From Terriglobia bacterium (lineage in GTDB: Bacteria > Acidobacteriota > Terriglobia > Terriglobales > Acidobacteriaceae): a stretch of DNA of 64,000 nucleotides. Both the position numbers and the translations under genes were made by a program. This document shows, one piece after another, positions 8,927 to 18,273 of this stretch (its first letter is position 1; each line of letters opens with the position of its first letter). The stretch spans positions 170,376-234,375 of the forward strand of contig CAVQDY010000015.1 in assembly GCA_963711365.1 (NCBI GenBank). The letters run 5' to 3'. Below the pieces are notes generated by a model. It ran no database searches and had not been told where the DNA came from. It worked only from the letters and a program-made list of their open reading frames with translations.

Positions 8927-9874
8927 TTACTTCTTCGTGGGAGCAGGAGCCGGATGCTCAGGAGCCGGTTGAGCGCTCTCGATCCAGGCCGTGTACCAGA
9001 GATTCAAAAGCATCTGCGATCCCGCGGCCAGTCGGTGGGTAGTGAAGTCGAATGCGGCCGGCGTGCCCTTGCCGGTGAAGCCTCCCGCTTTGTCCAGAGC
9101 GTAGACATTCTCGACCAGCCCGTGGGATTCATTCAGATACGCGAGGTAATCGGCGAAAGGATCCTTCAGTTGCGACGGAGCTTTCACATAGGCGGCAAAA
9201 TCAGCAGCCTTGATATGCGCGCCCACGTAACTGGTTTCGAACTGCGAATGAATTCCGTGCTGCGTCGTATAGCCATTCGGATTCGGTCCGACCCAGCCGT
9301 TATATTGGATCGTCGTGTGTAGCGGCTGCGAGCCGTCGGCGACGTAGTGGCCGAGCCATCCCGCGTAAAAGATGATCGCTTGTTGCACTGACTGCGTGGG
9401 CTGATGCGCGGCTAGTTGTTGCCGGTAGTCGCGGAAGGCCGACTTCAAACGGCCATACACTTCGATCGTGATGTAAGGCTGCAGGCCGACGCGCTCGGGC
9501 AGATAGTCATCCGGATGGTCGGTGGTTGCGGCGCGCTTTTCGTAGAGCTTGCGATAGAACTCGTAGCGCCCGCGAGGCAGCGGATCGAGCCACGAGACGC
9601 GCTCCAGGTCGATGAAGTGATCGGGCTCCTGCGCGTTCTTGAGAGCGAACTCGGCAGGATTGCGCCAGCGATCGGGCTCTGGGCCGAGATAGGCGATCTC
9701 GACAACAGCCCTACGCAGAAACTTCGGCATGCTGGCCGGAATCTTTTCGGCCGCGACAAGGTTGATGTAAGTGTGCCCGTCGTTGCCCCAGGCAAAGGCG
9801 GCATCACTCTGAAAAAGAACGAGGGCAATCAGCAGTAAGCTGATCGCCCCTTGTCGAAATCGCCGAGTTTTCAT
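8927..9874 (-). CDS. S1/P1 nuclease / zinc phospholipase C-fold secreted protein
   Basis: 315 aa with a signal peptide. The mature N-terminus is AWGNDGH (the W-G-x2-G-H start of the S1/P1 family), and HYVADGSQPLH appears later. Confidence 0.6.
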   Translation of the reverse strand: MKTRRFRQGAISLLLIALVLFQSDAAFAWGNDGHTYINLVAAEKIPASMPKFLRRAVVEIAYLGPEPDRWRNPAEFALKNAQEPDHFIDLERVSWLDPLPRGRYEFYRKLYEKRAATTDHPDDYLPERVGLQPYITIEVYGRLKSAFRDYRQQLAAHQPTQSVQQAIIFYAGWLGHYVADGSQPLHTTIQYNGWVGPNPNGYTTQHGIHSQFETSYVGAHIKAADFAAYVKAPSQLKDPFADYLAYLNESHGLVENVYALDKAGGFTGKGTPAAFDFTTHRLAAGSQMLLNLWYTAWIESAQPAPEHPAPAPTKK

Positions 9875-9911
9875 TTCACGCTGCAGAAGTCAGTTGCTCC
9901 TCTCCTCCAAA

Positions 9912-12900
9912 TCAGAACGCCAGATGCAGCGAGAGTTGCAAGAAGCGTGGGCTGCCAACGGTGTGCTGGATGACGCCCAAGCTGCCTTGCGGAGGAATCG
10001 ACGGCGGACCCTCGTAATAAGGAAAGAAGTTCACGTCGTTGTTCGGAGCGTCGAAATCGGGATGGTTGAAAATATTGAACGCATCGGCTTCGAACCTAAG
10101 CTGGTAGCGCTCTTTGATCGGGAACGTCTTGGCCAGGCTGGTGTCGAAACGCACTTGGAATGGGCCTCGAAAACTATTCCGGCCCGTAGTTCCAAACAAG
10201 GATTCAAAATTATCGCACCCGCTGGCGTCGCAAGCCGGAACCCCGTTGGTCCCCGGCGCCACGAACTGGGGTGCGAAATCAGCCGCGTTGAGCTTACAAA
10301 GCGCCGGCGAAAGTCCTACAGTTCCCACGGGGCAAATACCGCCCCTTGCCGCCTGCTTGGCCGTCACGCCGGGTACCAGTGGCACAATGGGGTTGCCAAT
10401 ATAGTTGCTGGTGCCGTAATACAGGCTCGCTACCGAGCCCGAATAGTCGTAGACGCTGTAAGGCTGCCCGCTTTGCGCCACGGTCTGACCACCAATGGTC
10501 CAACCATTCACCACGTAGCCCCAGGCGCCGCTGTCCACGAACTTCGGAATCGTGTAGCTGTAGTTGACCAGGAAAACGTGGGTCTGATCGAAATCCGAGC
10601 TGGCATAGTTGGCTCGTGGGGTGAGCGGATTGTTTCCGGTGAAAAAGAGTCCCAGGCCGCTCTGCTCGTCAAGCGAATGAGACCAGGTGTAAGACGTGGT
10701 GAATTGCAGTCCGTGGGACAGGCGCTTGTGAACCTGCAGTTGTAACGCGTCGAAGTTCGATACGCCCTCCGCCTTGTACGACACCGAGTTCATGTCGTAT
10801 CCGGGGTAGGGCACTCGGATCGGCGCATTGCCTGCGTATTCGTTCGTATAGATGGGTTCGGTATCCAGCGGGTACGGGGTGCCACCGTAATAGTTCTGGT
10901 TGGCCAACGGACTGGTGCCCCCGTAGGAACTGGTCTGCCCGTTCACTACATGCGTCGGTGTGGCGATGACGGGTTGGTTGAAGGGAACGGGCAGCACTAA
11001 ATGGGTACCGTGATTCCCGACATAACCGACCTCAAGCATCCAGGCGTTGTTTGGCTGATATTGAAGGTCGAGTGTCCAGTTCTGCGTATAAGGCAGCTTG
11101 TTGTTGATATCGTAACCGCCAAAGAGGAAAGGGCCATAAAGATTGCCGGATGGCCAACATCCCGGGTAACCGCAAGCCGTCTGTTGAAGGTTTGGCAGGT
11201 AGGCCTGGAAGGCTGCTGCCGTGGCTGGCGGCGGTGGTGGCAGAGTCGTGCCGAACGGCTGAGCGAGCGTTGCGTTCTTCGCGACAGAGATCGGTTGGAC
11301 GAATGGCGGCGCGAGCGTGACACCGAACGGACCATTAAATCCGGACCCCGCGCTCGGCGACAAATAGCTGAAGAACTCGCCGCGGTCGTAGTACATACCG
11401 TACCCGGCGCGCACCGTGAGCTTAGACATTGGAGACCACGCGATGCCGATGCGGGGCGCGAAACCCCACTGGTGATTTTTCATCAGCGAATTGTTGACTC
11501 CCGGCGTGCCGCCAGTCTTGTTATTCCCAGCGATGACCAGACCAGAGCCGGTAATGACGTCAGTCCCTGAGTCGCACGTGCCGTAGTTGTATTCAGTCAA
11601 AGCCGGGTCCGCCAGAACTCCATTGACCTTGCATTGCACGTAACTGTATTTAGAGGGGTCAAAACCGGTGAGCTTGCCGTATTTCTCCGAGAGCGGCCCA
11701 TCGATGTCCCAGCGCAATCCGGCGGTGACCGTGAGGTTTTTCATCATCTTGAAATTGTCGTTAATGTAGGTGCCGACGGTATCGGAGCGGTAGTAGCGGT
11801 TCGCCGAGCCAGCGAACTCACTGCCCCCGTGCAAGTTGCCTTCTACAAAGTCCTGGAAGGTCTCGAAAGCAAGGTTGTCGGTTTTTGTGTTGTTATTGAG
11901 GATATTGAGCTGAGTGTGGTCCCAGGTCGTGCCTACGCTCAGGATGTGTTTTCCTTTTACCCAGCTCGCGGAGGTCCCAAATTCCCATTGGTTCTGGAAC
12001 ATGCCGCCATCACCAAAGCTGGGGCTGGGACCGAACTCCAAGCCATTGCTGATCGTAGGATCCGCCGTGCTGATTTCGAACTGAGGGAAAGTGGCTCCGC
12101 CAGGCAAAGTAATGCCCACCGAGCTTGGGGTGAATTCTTTGGTGGTGTTTGCATAAGCACGCAGGCGAGTGAAACTCGCGTGCTGTTCCCAAGTCAGGTT
12201 GGGAGAGAGCACGACGGAGTTCGAAAGGGAAAACACCTGGCTCCCAGCCGAAAGCTGTTGAGGAAATCCGAGCAGCGATCCGACCGAGCCAAAAGGATTA
12301 TTGGTGGGATTGCTCTGAAGGTAATATCTGCCGGACAAGCGATCTTTAGCGCTCACAACATAATCGATGCTGGCGATCCCTTGGTTTACGCTGGCTTGCG
12401 TATTGGGGCCTTGCACGACGGCATCATAGCCTAACGTTTGGGCCTGCGTCGCATTGTACTCAGCGCTTGGTATCAGGTACTGCCCGTTGGGAAGTTTGGT
12501 GTTCAAGATCTGCGCGGCAGCGCTATTGATCTGGCTCGCGGTAATCGTGGTCTTGCTGCCGTAGGTCGCCGGAATCATGTTAATGATGCCCTGGGTACTG
12601 CGGTCATCCGTCAAACCCAGGGGTACCGTCACATCTTTAGTAGAAGCTTGCGCATCGGCAATGCGTACTCCCTGATAGGACCCGAAGAAGAACAACTTAT
12701 CCTTGATAATCGGTCCGCCGATGGTCCCGCCAAAAGCGTTGCGATTCAGGAAAGGACGAGGCAGATAAGGCTTGTTGGTGACAGGGTTGATGCCAGCAGC
12801 ATTGTAGAAGTACGGTGTGGCATTCATATCGCTGTTCTGCCACTGTTCCCATAGTGAGCCATGAATCGCGTTCGTGCCGGACTTGGTCAGCACGCTGATG

Positions 12901-13751
12901 TGCGCTCCGCTGTTATTGCCCTGTGTAGCGTCGTACTGCGAGGAGTTGACGGCGATCTCCTGAATGGCATCCGGGGGCGGCGTCGGAAGAGCTTGGCCAA
13001 TCGCCCCGTACACCGATGTGCTGGTTTGGATGGTTCCACCCGCACCGAAGTTCTCGCCGGTATTGAGCACAAAGCGGTTCTCACCGACCTGGCTGGTGGA
13101 ATTGCCGTTGAAGAGGTTGTTGGTGCTGACACCGTTCAAGGAAAAGCTATTGCTGGTGTCCCGGTTGCCGTTGGCGAAGATGGCCTGATTCCCTAGGCCC
13201 GTGTTCGCGCCGCCTCCGCCGAGGAAGTCCGCATGAACGCCAGGGCTGAGAATTGCCAGTTGCGTGAAGCTGCCGGTGCCCAGCGGCGTCGTTTCAATGG
13301 TGTTGGTATCGACCACATACCCGATCGTGGTGTCCACCTGGTTCATCAACGGCACGGCGGTCACTTCCACCGTGGTGCCGATCGAGCCTACCACCAGAGT
13401 TGTATCCACCGTTGTGGTGCGGGCGCCGGACACCAGGATTTTGGTGTGGGTTTCCGTTTTGAAGCCGTCCTTGGTGACGGTGACTCGGTAAGTTCCAGCA
13501 GGAAGATCCGGAATCACGAAAGAGCCATTCTTGGTGTGAGCCGAAACTTCGAGGTTGGTCGCGAGATTGACCGCTTTCACATCGGCATCGGACACAACTG
13601 CTCCCGACGGATCAGTCACTGTGCCGGTGATGGCTCCCAAAGTCTGCTGGGCCGATGAAAGTTCAACCATGCAAACGGCACCCAAAATAACAATAAACAG
13701 AACGCGTAACAAGCTCGAAACAGAGACAGATACACCTGTGGCAGCACGCAC
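9912..13751 (-). CDS. Large TonB-dependent receptor with CarboxypepD_reg-like domain
   Basis: 1279 aa with a signal peptide. The N-terminal domain (GAITGTVTDPSGAVVSDADVKAVN...) is carboxypeptidase-regulatory-like, a plug follows, and the long barrel ends ...LSLHLAF. Confidence 0.88.
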   Translation of the reverse strand: MRAATGVSVSVSSLLRVLFIVILGAVCMVELSSAQQTLGAITGTVTDPSGAVVSDADVKAVNLATNLEVSAHTKNGSFVIPDLPAGTYRVTVTKDGFKTETHTKILVSGARTTTVDTTLVVGSIGTTVEVTAVPLMNQVDTTIGYVVDTNTIETTPLGTGSFTQLAILSPGVHADFLGGGGANTGLGNQAIFANGNRDTSNSFSLNGVSTNNLFNGNSTSQVGENRFVLNTGENFGAGGTIQTSTSVYGAIGQALPTPPPDAIQEIAVNSSQYDATQGNNSGAHISVLTKSGTNAIHGSLWEQWQNSDMNATPYFYNAAGINPVTNKPYLPRPFLNRNAFGGTIGGPIIKDKLFFFGSYQGVRIADAQASTKDVTVPLGLTDDRSTQGIINMIPATYGSKTTITASQINSAAAQILNTKLPNGQYLIPSAEYNATQAQTLGYDAVVQGPNTQASVNQGIASIDYVVSAKDRLSGRYYLQSNPTNNPFGSVGSLLGFPQQLSAGSQVFSLSNSVVLSPNLTWEQHASFTRLRAYANTTKEFTPSSVGITLPGGATFPQFEISTADPTISNGLEFGPSPSFGDGGMFQNQWEFGTSASWVKGKHILSVGTTWDHTQLNILNNNTKTDNLAFETFQDFVEGNLHGGSEFAGSANRYYRSDTVGTYINDNFKMMKNLTVTAGLRWDIDGPLSEKYGKLTGFDPSKYSYVQCKVNGVLADPALTEYNYGTCDSGTDVITGSGLVIAGNNKTGGTPGVNNSLMKNHQWGFAPRIGIAWSPMSKLTVRAGYGMYYDRGEFFSYLSPSAGSGFNGPFGVTLAPPFVQPISVAKNATLAQPFGTTLPPPPPATAAAFQAYLPNLQQTACGYPGCWPSGNLYGPFLFGGYDINNKLPYTQNWTLDLQYQPNNAWMLEVGYVGNHGTHLVLPVPFNQPVIATPTHVVNGQTSSYGGTSPLANQNYYGGTPYPLDTEPIYTNEYAGNAPIRVPYPGYDMNSVSYKAEGVSNFDALQLQVHKRLSHGLQFTTSYTWSHSLDEQSGLGLFFTGNNPLTPRANYASSDFDQTHVFLVNYSYTIPKFVDSGAWGYVVNGWTIGGQTVAQSGQPYSVYDYSGSVASLYYGTSNYIGNPIVPLVPGVTAKQAARGGICPVGTVGLSPALCKLNAADFAPQFVAPGTNGVPACDASGCDNFESLFGTTGRNSFRGPFQVRFDTSLAKTFPIKERYQLRFEADAFNIFNHPDFDAPNNDVNFFPYYEGPPSIPPQGSLGVIQHTVGSPRFLQLSLHLAF

Positions 13752-13938
13752 GGGTAGAGCCTCCTGTGATTGGGAACACCTTATAACAGAGCCATTTGGC
13801 GAGATTCAAGACGGTTCAGTGCAAAAAACAGTCAAAACTTGATGAATTTTTCTTCAGGTTTGTAGAGGAAATCTTGCTGCCCCTGAGGAGACTAGTGCTC
13901 CTTAGCCACGCGTCCCACGGGAGGACTATTCTCTAGTC

Positions 13939-14154
13939 GTGAGCCAGCAGAGGAAATCGTCGTCTCCGCCCGGTATCGGCCTTTGCGCCGATTGCTGCTT
14001 CATGCGGAGAATGGAATCGGATCGCGGCTCCGTGTTCTATATGTGCCAACGCTCGGCCACGGATACAGGCTTCCCGAAATATCCACGACTGCCGGTATTG
14101 CAATGCCGAGGGTACGAGCGAGCCTCGGATGAGGATCAGGATCCTCCAAGCTAG
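13939..14154 (+). CDS. Small Cys-rich hypothetical protein (CxxC ... C ... C)
   Basis: 71 aa with a GTG start. The pattern LCADCCFMRRMESDRGSVFYMCQRS...PKYPRLPVLQCRGYE looks like a small zinc-ribbon-type protein. There is no similarity I can name. Confidence 0.5.
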   Translation: MSQQRKSSSPPGIGLCADCCFMRRMESDRGSVFYMCQRSATDTGFPKYPRLPVLQCRGYERASDEDQDPPS

Positions 14155-14460
14155 TTTCCTGTCTCACAAGAGGCGTGACCCACGTCACTGCGGTCGAATC
14201 CGACTTAAGGCAAAATTCCGCATAGTCTCGAGAGTGTTCTGGAGACTACTGGAGTTGCCCTGTGAAAATCATCGCCGTGATCGCGATCGCTTTGTTTTTC
14301 ATTTGAACAATTGCCGTGCTCCAGGGCTGGAGCAAAAACACTGTTCCCGGGCGGATTATCTCTCTCGCGTTCGTCGTCGGCATGGCGCTTGCGGCTCGAT
14401 GGGGAGCACACGTTTTGGGAATCTTCCATCACTAATATGCCGGGCGGCGGGGCGGCACGC

Positions 14461-16023
14461 CTATCCGATCCCAAGCTCCTTCGCTAGCGCCTTCCATTTA
14501 CTGTCGACCAGCGCTTTCGTTTTGGCATCCATAACAATCTCATCAGGCCAAGGGCGCGCGAAGCCTTCGGCTGGCCACTTGCGCGTCGCGTCGATCCCCA
14601 TTTTCGATCCGTAATTCGGCAGACGGCTGGCGTGATCGAGAGAATCGACCGGACCGAGCGTGAATTGGATGTCCCGCTCCGGATCGATATGGTTCAACAC
14701 TTTCAGCGTGACGTCGCCAATGTCTTGCACATCGACATCTTCGTCCACAACAACGATGCATTTGGTGAACATCGCCTGGCCGAGCGACCAGATCGCGTTC
14801 ATGACTTTCCGCGCCTGCCCGGGATATGACTTCCGGATCGAGACGATCATCAGATTGTGGAAGACGCCCTCAATCGGCAAGTTGATGTCGACCAATTCCG
14901 GAATGGTGAGCTTCATCATGGGCAGGAATATCCGCTCGACCGCTTTGCCCATGTAGGCATCTTCCTGCGGAGGTTTGCCCACGATGGTTGCCGCATAGAT
15001 AGGATCTTTCCGATGCGTGATGCACGTGACATGGAACACCGGGTACAGGTCTTCGAGCGAATAAAAGCCTGTGTGATCGCCGAAGGGGCCCTCGGTGCGC
15101 AGCTCATCGAGGTTGACGTATCCCTCAAGCACAATCTCACTGGTCGCGGGAACCTCCAGATCGACCGTTTCGCATTTCACCAGGTCGACAGGGGCTCCGC
15201 GAAGGAATCCCGAGATCAGGTACTCCTCGATTTCCGGAGGCGCAGGCACGATTGAAGCAAACGTCACCACGGGATCGGTTCCGATCGCTACTGCGACTTC
15301 CATCTTTCCTGAAGGACGATCCCCCTCGGCGAGAACGGACCCGCCTGAACTTCTTGCCATGATGTCCACCGCCGCCGATTTGCCATCGACCGCTGCGCGC
15401 ATACGATCGCGCGCGTGCTCGGCCGCGTTCTTCTGCCGCTGCCAGTGCATTCCCGCGGTGCGTTCGTCATAGACCTGCATGCGGTACATGCCAAGATTGC
15501 GCTTGCCGGATTTCGGATCGCGCGTCGTCACGCAGGGAAGCGTGATGAATCGGCCTCCATCTTTAGGCCAGCATTGCAGAACAGGGAAGTCGAGCAATGA
15601 AAAGTTATCGCGCTTGATCACTTCTTTGCAGGGGCCAGTCGCCACGGTGCGCGGAAAAAATTTCCCTGCCTCCGTCAGCAGCGGCAGCATCTTGAGCTTG
15701 TCGAGAAATCCCTGCGGCGACTTCATGTCCATGAACATGCGGATACGGGCTGCAATCTCGTCATAAGAACTGACGCCAACCGCCATCTTCATCCGGGCAT
15801 CGGAGCCGAACTGATTGATCAGAAGTTGGGCACCAGCATGGCCTTTAAGATTCTGGAAAAGAAGAGCGGGGCCGCCGGCATTACCCTTGGCGTCGCGGCT
15901 TTTGGAGACACGATCGGTAATTTCGGCAATTTCAAGAATTGGATCTGCTTCCGTCTTGATTCGCTTTAATTCGCCCGCGCGCTCAAGCGCAGCAATCCAT
16001 TGGCGGAGGTCGTCAAACGGCAA
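14461..16023 (-). CDS. UbiD-family (prenylated-FMN dependent) decarboxylase
   Basis: 520 aa with a full-length UbiD pattern (DLRQWIAALERAGELKRI...; FGDHTGFYS). No ubiX lies adjacent. Confidence 0.9.
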   Translation of the reverse strand: MPFDDLRQWIAALERAGELKRIKTEADPILEIAEITDRVSKSRDAKGNAGGPALLFQNLKGHAGAQLLINQFGSDARMKMAVGVSSYDEIAARIRMFMDMKSPQGFLDKLKMLPLLTEAGKFFPRTVATGPCKEVIKRDNFSLLDFPVLQCWPKDGGRFITLPCVTTRDPKSGKRNLGMYRMQVYDERTAGMHWQRQKNAAEHARDRMRAAVDGKSAAVDIMARSSGGSVLAEGDRPSGKMEVAVAIGTDPVVTFASIVPAPPEIEEYLISGFLRGAPVDLVKCETVDLEVPATSEIVLEGYVNLDELRTEGPFGDHTGFYSLEDLYPVFHVTCITHRKDPIYAATIVGKPPQEDAYMGKAVERIFLPMMKLTIPELVDINLPIEGVFHNLMIVSIRKSYPGQARKVMNAIWSLGQAMFTKCIVVVDEDVDVQDIGDVTLKVLNHIDPERDIQFTLGPVDSLDHASRLPNYGSKMGIDATRKWPAEGFARPWPDEIVMDAKTKALVDSKWKALAKELGIG

Positions 16024-16158
16024 AGGATTCCTCGTTGTGACTGAAGATTGTATGTGACGGACGATTATAAGGGATTCGCTGAGGCCAAACTTCCGGCCAC
16101 TGGTTTTTCGAACGCATCATGTTGCGGGCGAACTCCTGTTACTCCCGTCACCCTCAGA

Positions 16159-16494
16159 ATGGAACAAGGCTTGTCAACCTCGGACCACGCGAGCAATCTA
16201 TCCCCAGTACGCGGAGAAACCGTGTCCCAGCCTTCCCGTCCAACGTTTAAAGAGAACCTGGTGAATAAGACCGTAATTGTTAAGGTCTCGTTGTTCACCC
16301 GTGCATTCTCCGGAACCATCACTGCAACCGATGAGACCGGTTTCTGCCTGGTGAGCAGCGAAATGATCAGCGCATTGCGTGAACTCACGGGCAACGCTAT
16401 GGCCCATGTGGATGCCCCTGGCGTCTACCTGCCTTTCTCGAAACTCGAGTGGCTGGTATGCTCGCAGCCCAAGGCCGCCGCCGCATCCGCCTAG
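16159..16494 (+). CDS. Hypothetical protein (start uncertain: ATG 16159 or GTG 16222 with GGAG upstream)
   Basis: This is the only long ORF in the ubiD-rmuC spacer. The C-terminal half (NKTVIVKVSLFTRAFSGTITATDETGFCLV...) looks like a small beta-rich domain. No family is recognised. Confidence 0.35.
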   Translation: MEQGLSTSDHASNLSPVRGETVSQPSRPTFKENLVNKTVIVKVSLFTRAFSGTITATDETGFCLVSSEMISALRELTGNAMAHVDAPGVYLPFSKLEWLVCSQPKAAAASA

Positions 16495-16530
16495 CAGGTC
16501 AGCCGTCCGAGGCTCACCGCCGAACCGGCT

Positions 16531-17919
16531 CTACCCAGCTTTCCGATCATCCCGTTTGGGTACTTCAATCGGCTCCTCGTCCCACTCAAACGAAAGGGCT
16601 CGAGCGGTGGTCTCGATTGGCTGCAACTCAGGAATGTTTTCGGCAACCGATGCGCCTAGCTCGGCAAACTTCCGCGCCGATACCAACACGCGGTTTTCCA
16701 GCGATCCCACGGCCTGGTTATAGGCTTCGACCGCCCGGTCCAGATTCGTACCTACACCTGTGATATGTCCAGCAAGCTTGCGCAGGCGTTCATGCAGCTC
16801 TTTCCCAAGTACGCTGATCTCGTGTGCATTCCGCGCCAGCTTTTCCTGATTCCAGCCATAATTAATCGCTTTCAGCAATGCAATCAAGGTCGTTGGAGAC
16901 GCAGGGATTACCTTATTAAGGACTCCGTGTTCGATCAGCCCGGTATCCTGCTCCAGAGCAGCGCTAAAGAAGGTCTCCCCCGGCAGGAACATGACCACGA
17001 ACTCAGGCGTCGACTCAAACTGTTCCCAATATTTCTTACCGGCCAACGTATTGATGTGGTCGCGGACCTGCCGGGCATGATTCGCCAGGCACGCGCGCCT
17101 CGCTTCTTCGTCAGTCGTTTCAAATGCATCCAGAAAAGCCTGCAGCGGAGTTTTCGCGTCGACCACCACCCGTTTTCCTCCCGGCAGCTTCACCACCAGA
17201 TCCGGACGCAGCCGGCCGCTCTCGCCCGTGATCGTTTCTTGCTCGGCGAAGTCGCAATAGGAGAGCATCCCGGCGATCTCGACCACGCGCCGCAACTGGA
17301 TCTCTCCCCAACGTCCGCGGACGTTCGGCGTCCGTAAAGCGCGCACCAGGTTTCCCGTCTCCGACTGCAATTCCTTCTGGCTGGTGATCAGAGACTCGAC
17401 CTGTTGCCGCAGTCCCCCATACGCATCCATTCGCTCTTTTTCCATCTGCTGGATCTGGGCATCCACCTTACTGAGAGATTCGCGCACCGGAGCCACCAGA
17501 TCCGCCACCGCTTTCTGCTTTGCTTCCAGTTCACCCTTTGCCTCGGACTGAAAGCGCCTGAGCGTTTCCTGTGCGATTTGCAAAAAGGAAGAATTATTGC
17601 TTTTGAGGGCATCGGCCGCCAGCGCCTTGAAGGCATTCTGCAGATCCTCGGCCGCACGATCGCTGCTCTTGGTGAGCAATTCGATCTTTTCGTTGCTCGT
17701 CTTTCGTTCCGATTCCAGTGCCGATTCCAGCCGGGCTCGGCTCTCTACCAGTGCGCGCTGATCCTCTAAAAGCCGTGCCAGATCGGCCTTTACGGCCGAT
17801 AATTCCTTCTCTCGCAGCGATAATTGAGCCTGCAGCGACGCCGTTCGCGAACGCAGCGCCAGCCACGCCATCACGCCGCCCAACAACAGGCCAATCATTC
17901 CACTGATCCCTGGTTCCAT
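16531..17919 (-). CDS. rmuC: DNA recombination protein RmuC
   Basis: 462 aa with an N-terminal TM helix, a long coiled coil, and the RmuC nuclease-like core (GRWGEIQLRRVVEIAGM..., VVDAKTPL). Confidence 0.88.
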   Translation of the reverse strand: MEPGISGMIGLLLGGVMAWLALRSRTASLQAQLSLREKELSAVKADLARLLEDQRALVESRARLESALESERKTSNEKIELLTKSSDRAAEDLQNAFKALAADALKSNNSSFLQIAQETLRRFQSEAKGELEAKQKAVADLVAPVRESLSKVDAQIQQMEKERMDAYGGLRQQVESLITSQKELQSETGNLVRALRTPNVRGRWGEIQLRRVVEIAGMLSYCDFAEQETITGESGRLRPDLVVKLPGGKRVVVDAKTPLQAFLDAFETTDEEARRACLANHARQVRDHINTLAGKKYWEQFESTPEFVVMFLPGETFFSAALEQDTGLIEHGVLNKVIPASPTTLIALLKAINYGWNQEKLARNAHEISVLGKELHERLRKLAGHITGVGTNLDRAVEAYNQAVGSLENRVLVSARKFAELGASVAENIPELQPIETTARALSFEWDEEPIEVPKRDDRKAG

Positions 17920-18235
17920 AAATCCTTTGCTACTTTCCTCCGTGCAACCCTAGCCTAGCACCAGCAACGCTGTTTGAGCCTGAACGACCTCAAGCACGTA
18001 TCGCTTGAGTCAAATCGATCCTTGCCAGGTTGCGAGCAGGCCCAACAGTAATGCACGTCGATCGCTGCGTGTTATGCGCGCGTCGACACATCCCACGCGC
18101 GCTTGTCGGATCGCCGACCGAGTGCCTCAATAGAAGTCCCCCTGTGCCCTCTGTGGTGAATTCAGCCCGGTTATAATAGAAAGATTCTCTATCGCCAAAA
18201 TTCGCTCTTGTAGAGCACGCGGACGAAAAGGTGTT

Positions 18236-18270
18236 AGCTGAAAGCCGATGGCTGATAGCTGAGGGCTGTT
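18236..18270 (+). repeat. Heptad-periodic RGCYGAN repeat (5 units) abutting the uvrB start codon
   Basis: AGCTGAA AGCCGAT GGCTGAT AGCTGAG GGCTGTT is followed by ttcATG. It belongs to the same family and orientation (relative to the gene) as the metH leader repeat at 8113-8147. Confidence 0.55.
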
Positions 18271-18273
18271 TTC

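Noticed and set aside
14304-14306. Selenocysteine recoding of the in-frame TGA in the small membrane ORF.
   Set aside because: I saw no obvious SECIS-like hairpin immediately downstream, and a Sec residue in the middle of a transmembrane helix is implausible. A nonsense mutation is the simpler explanation.
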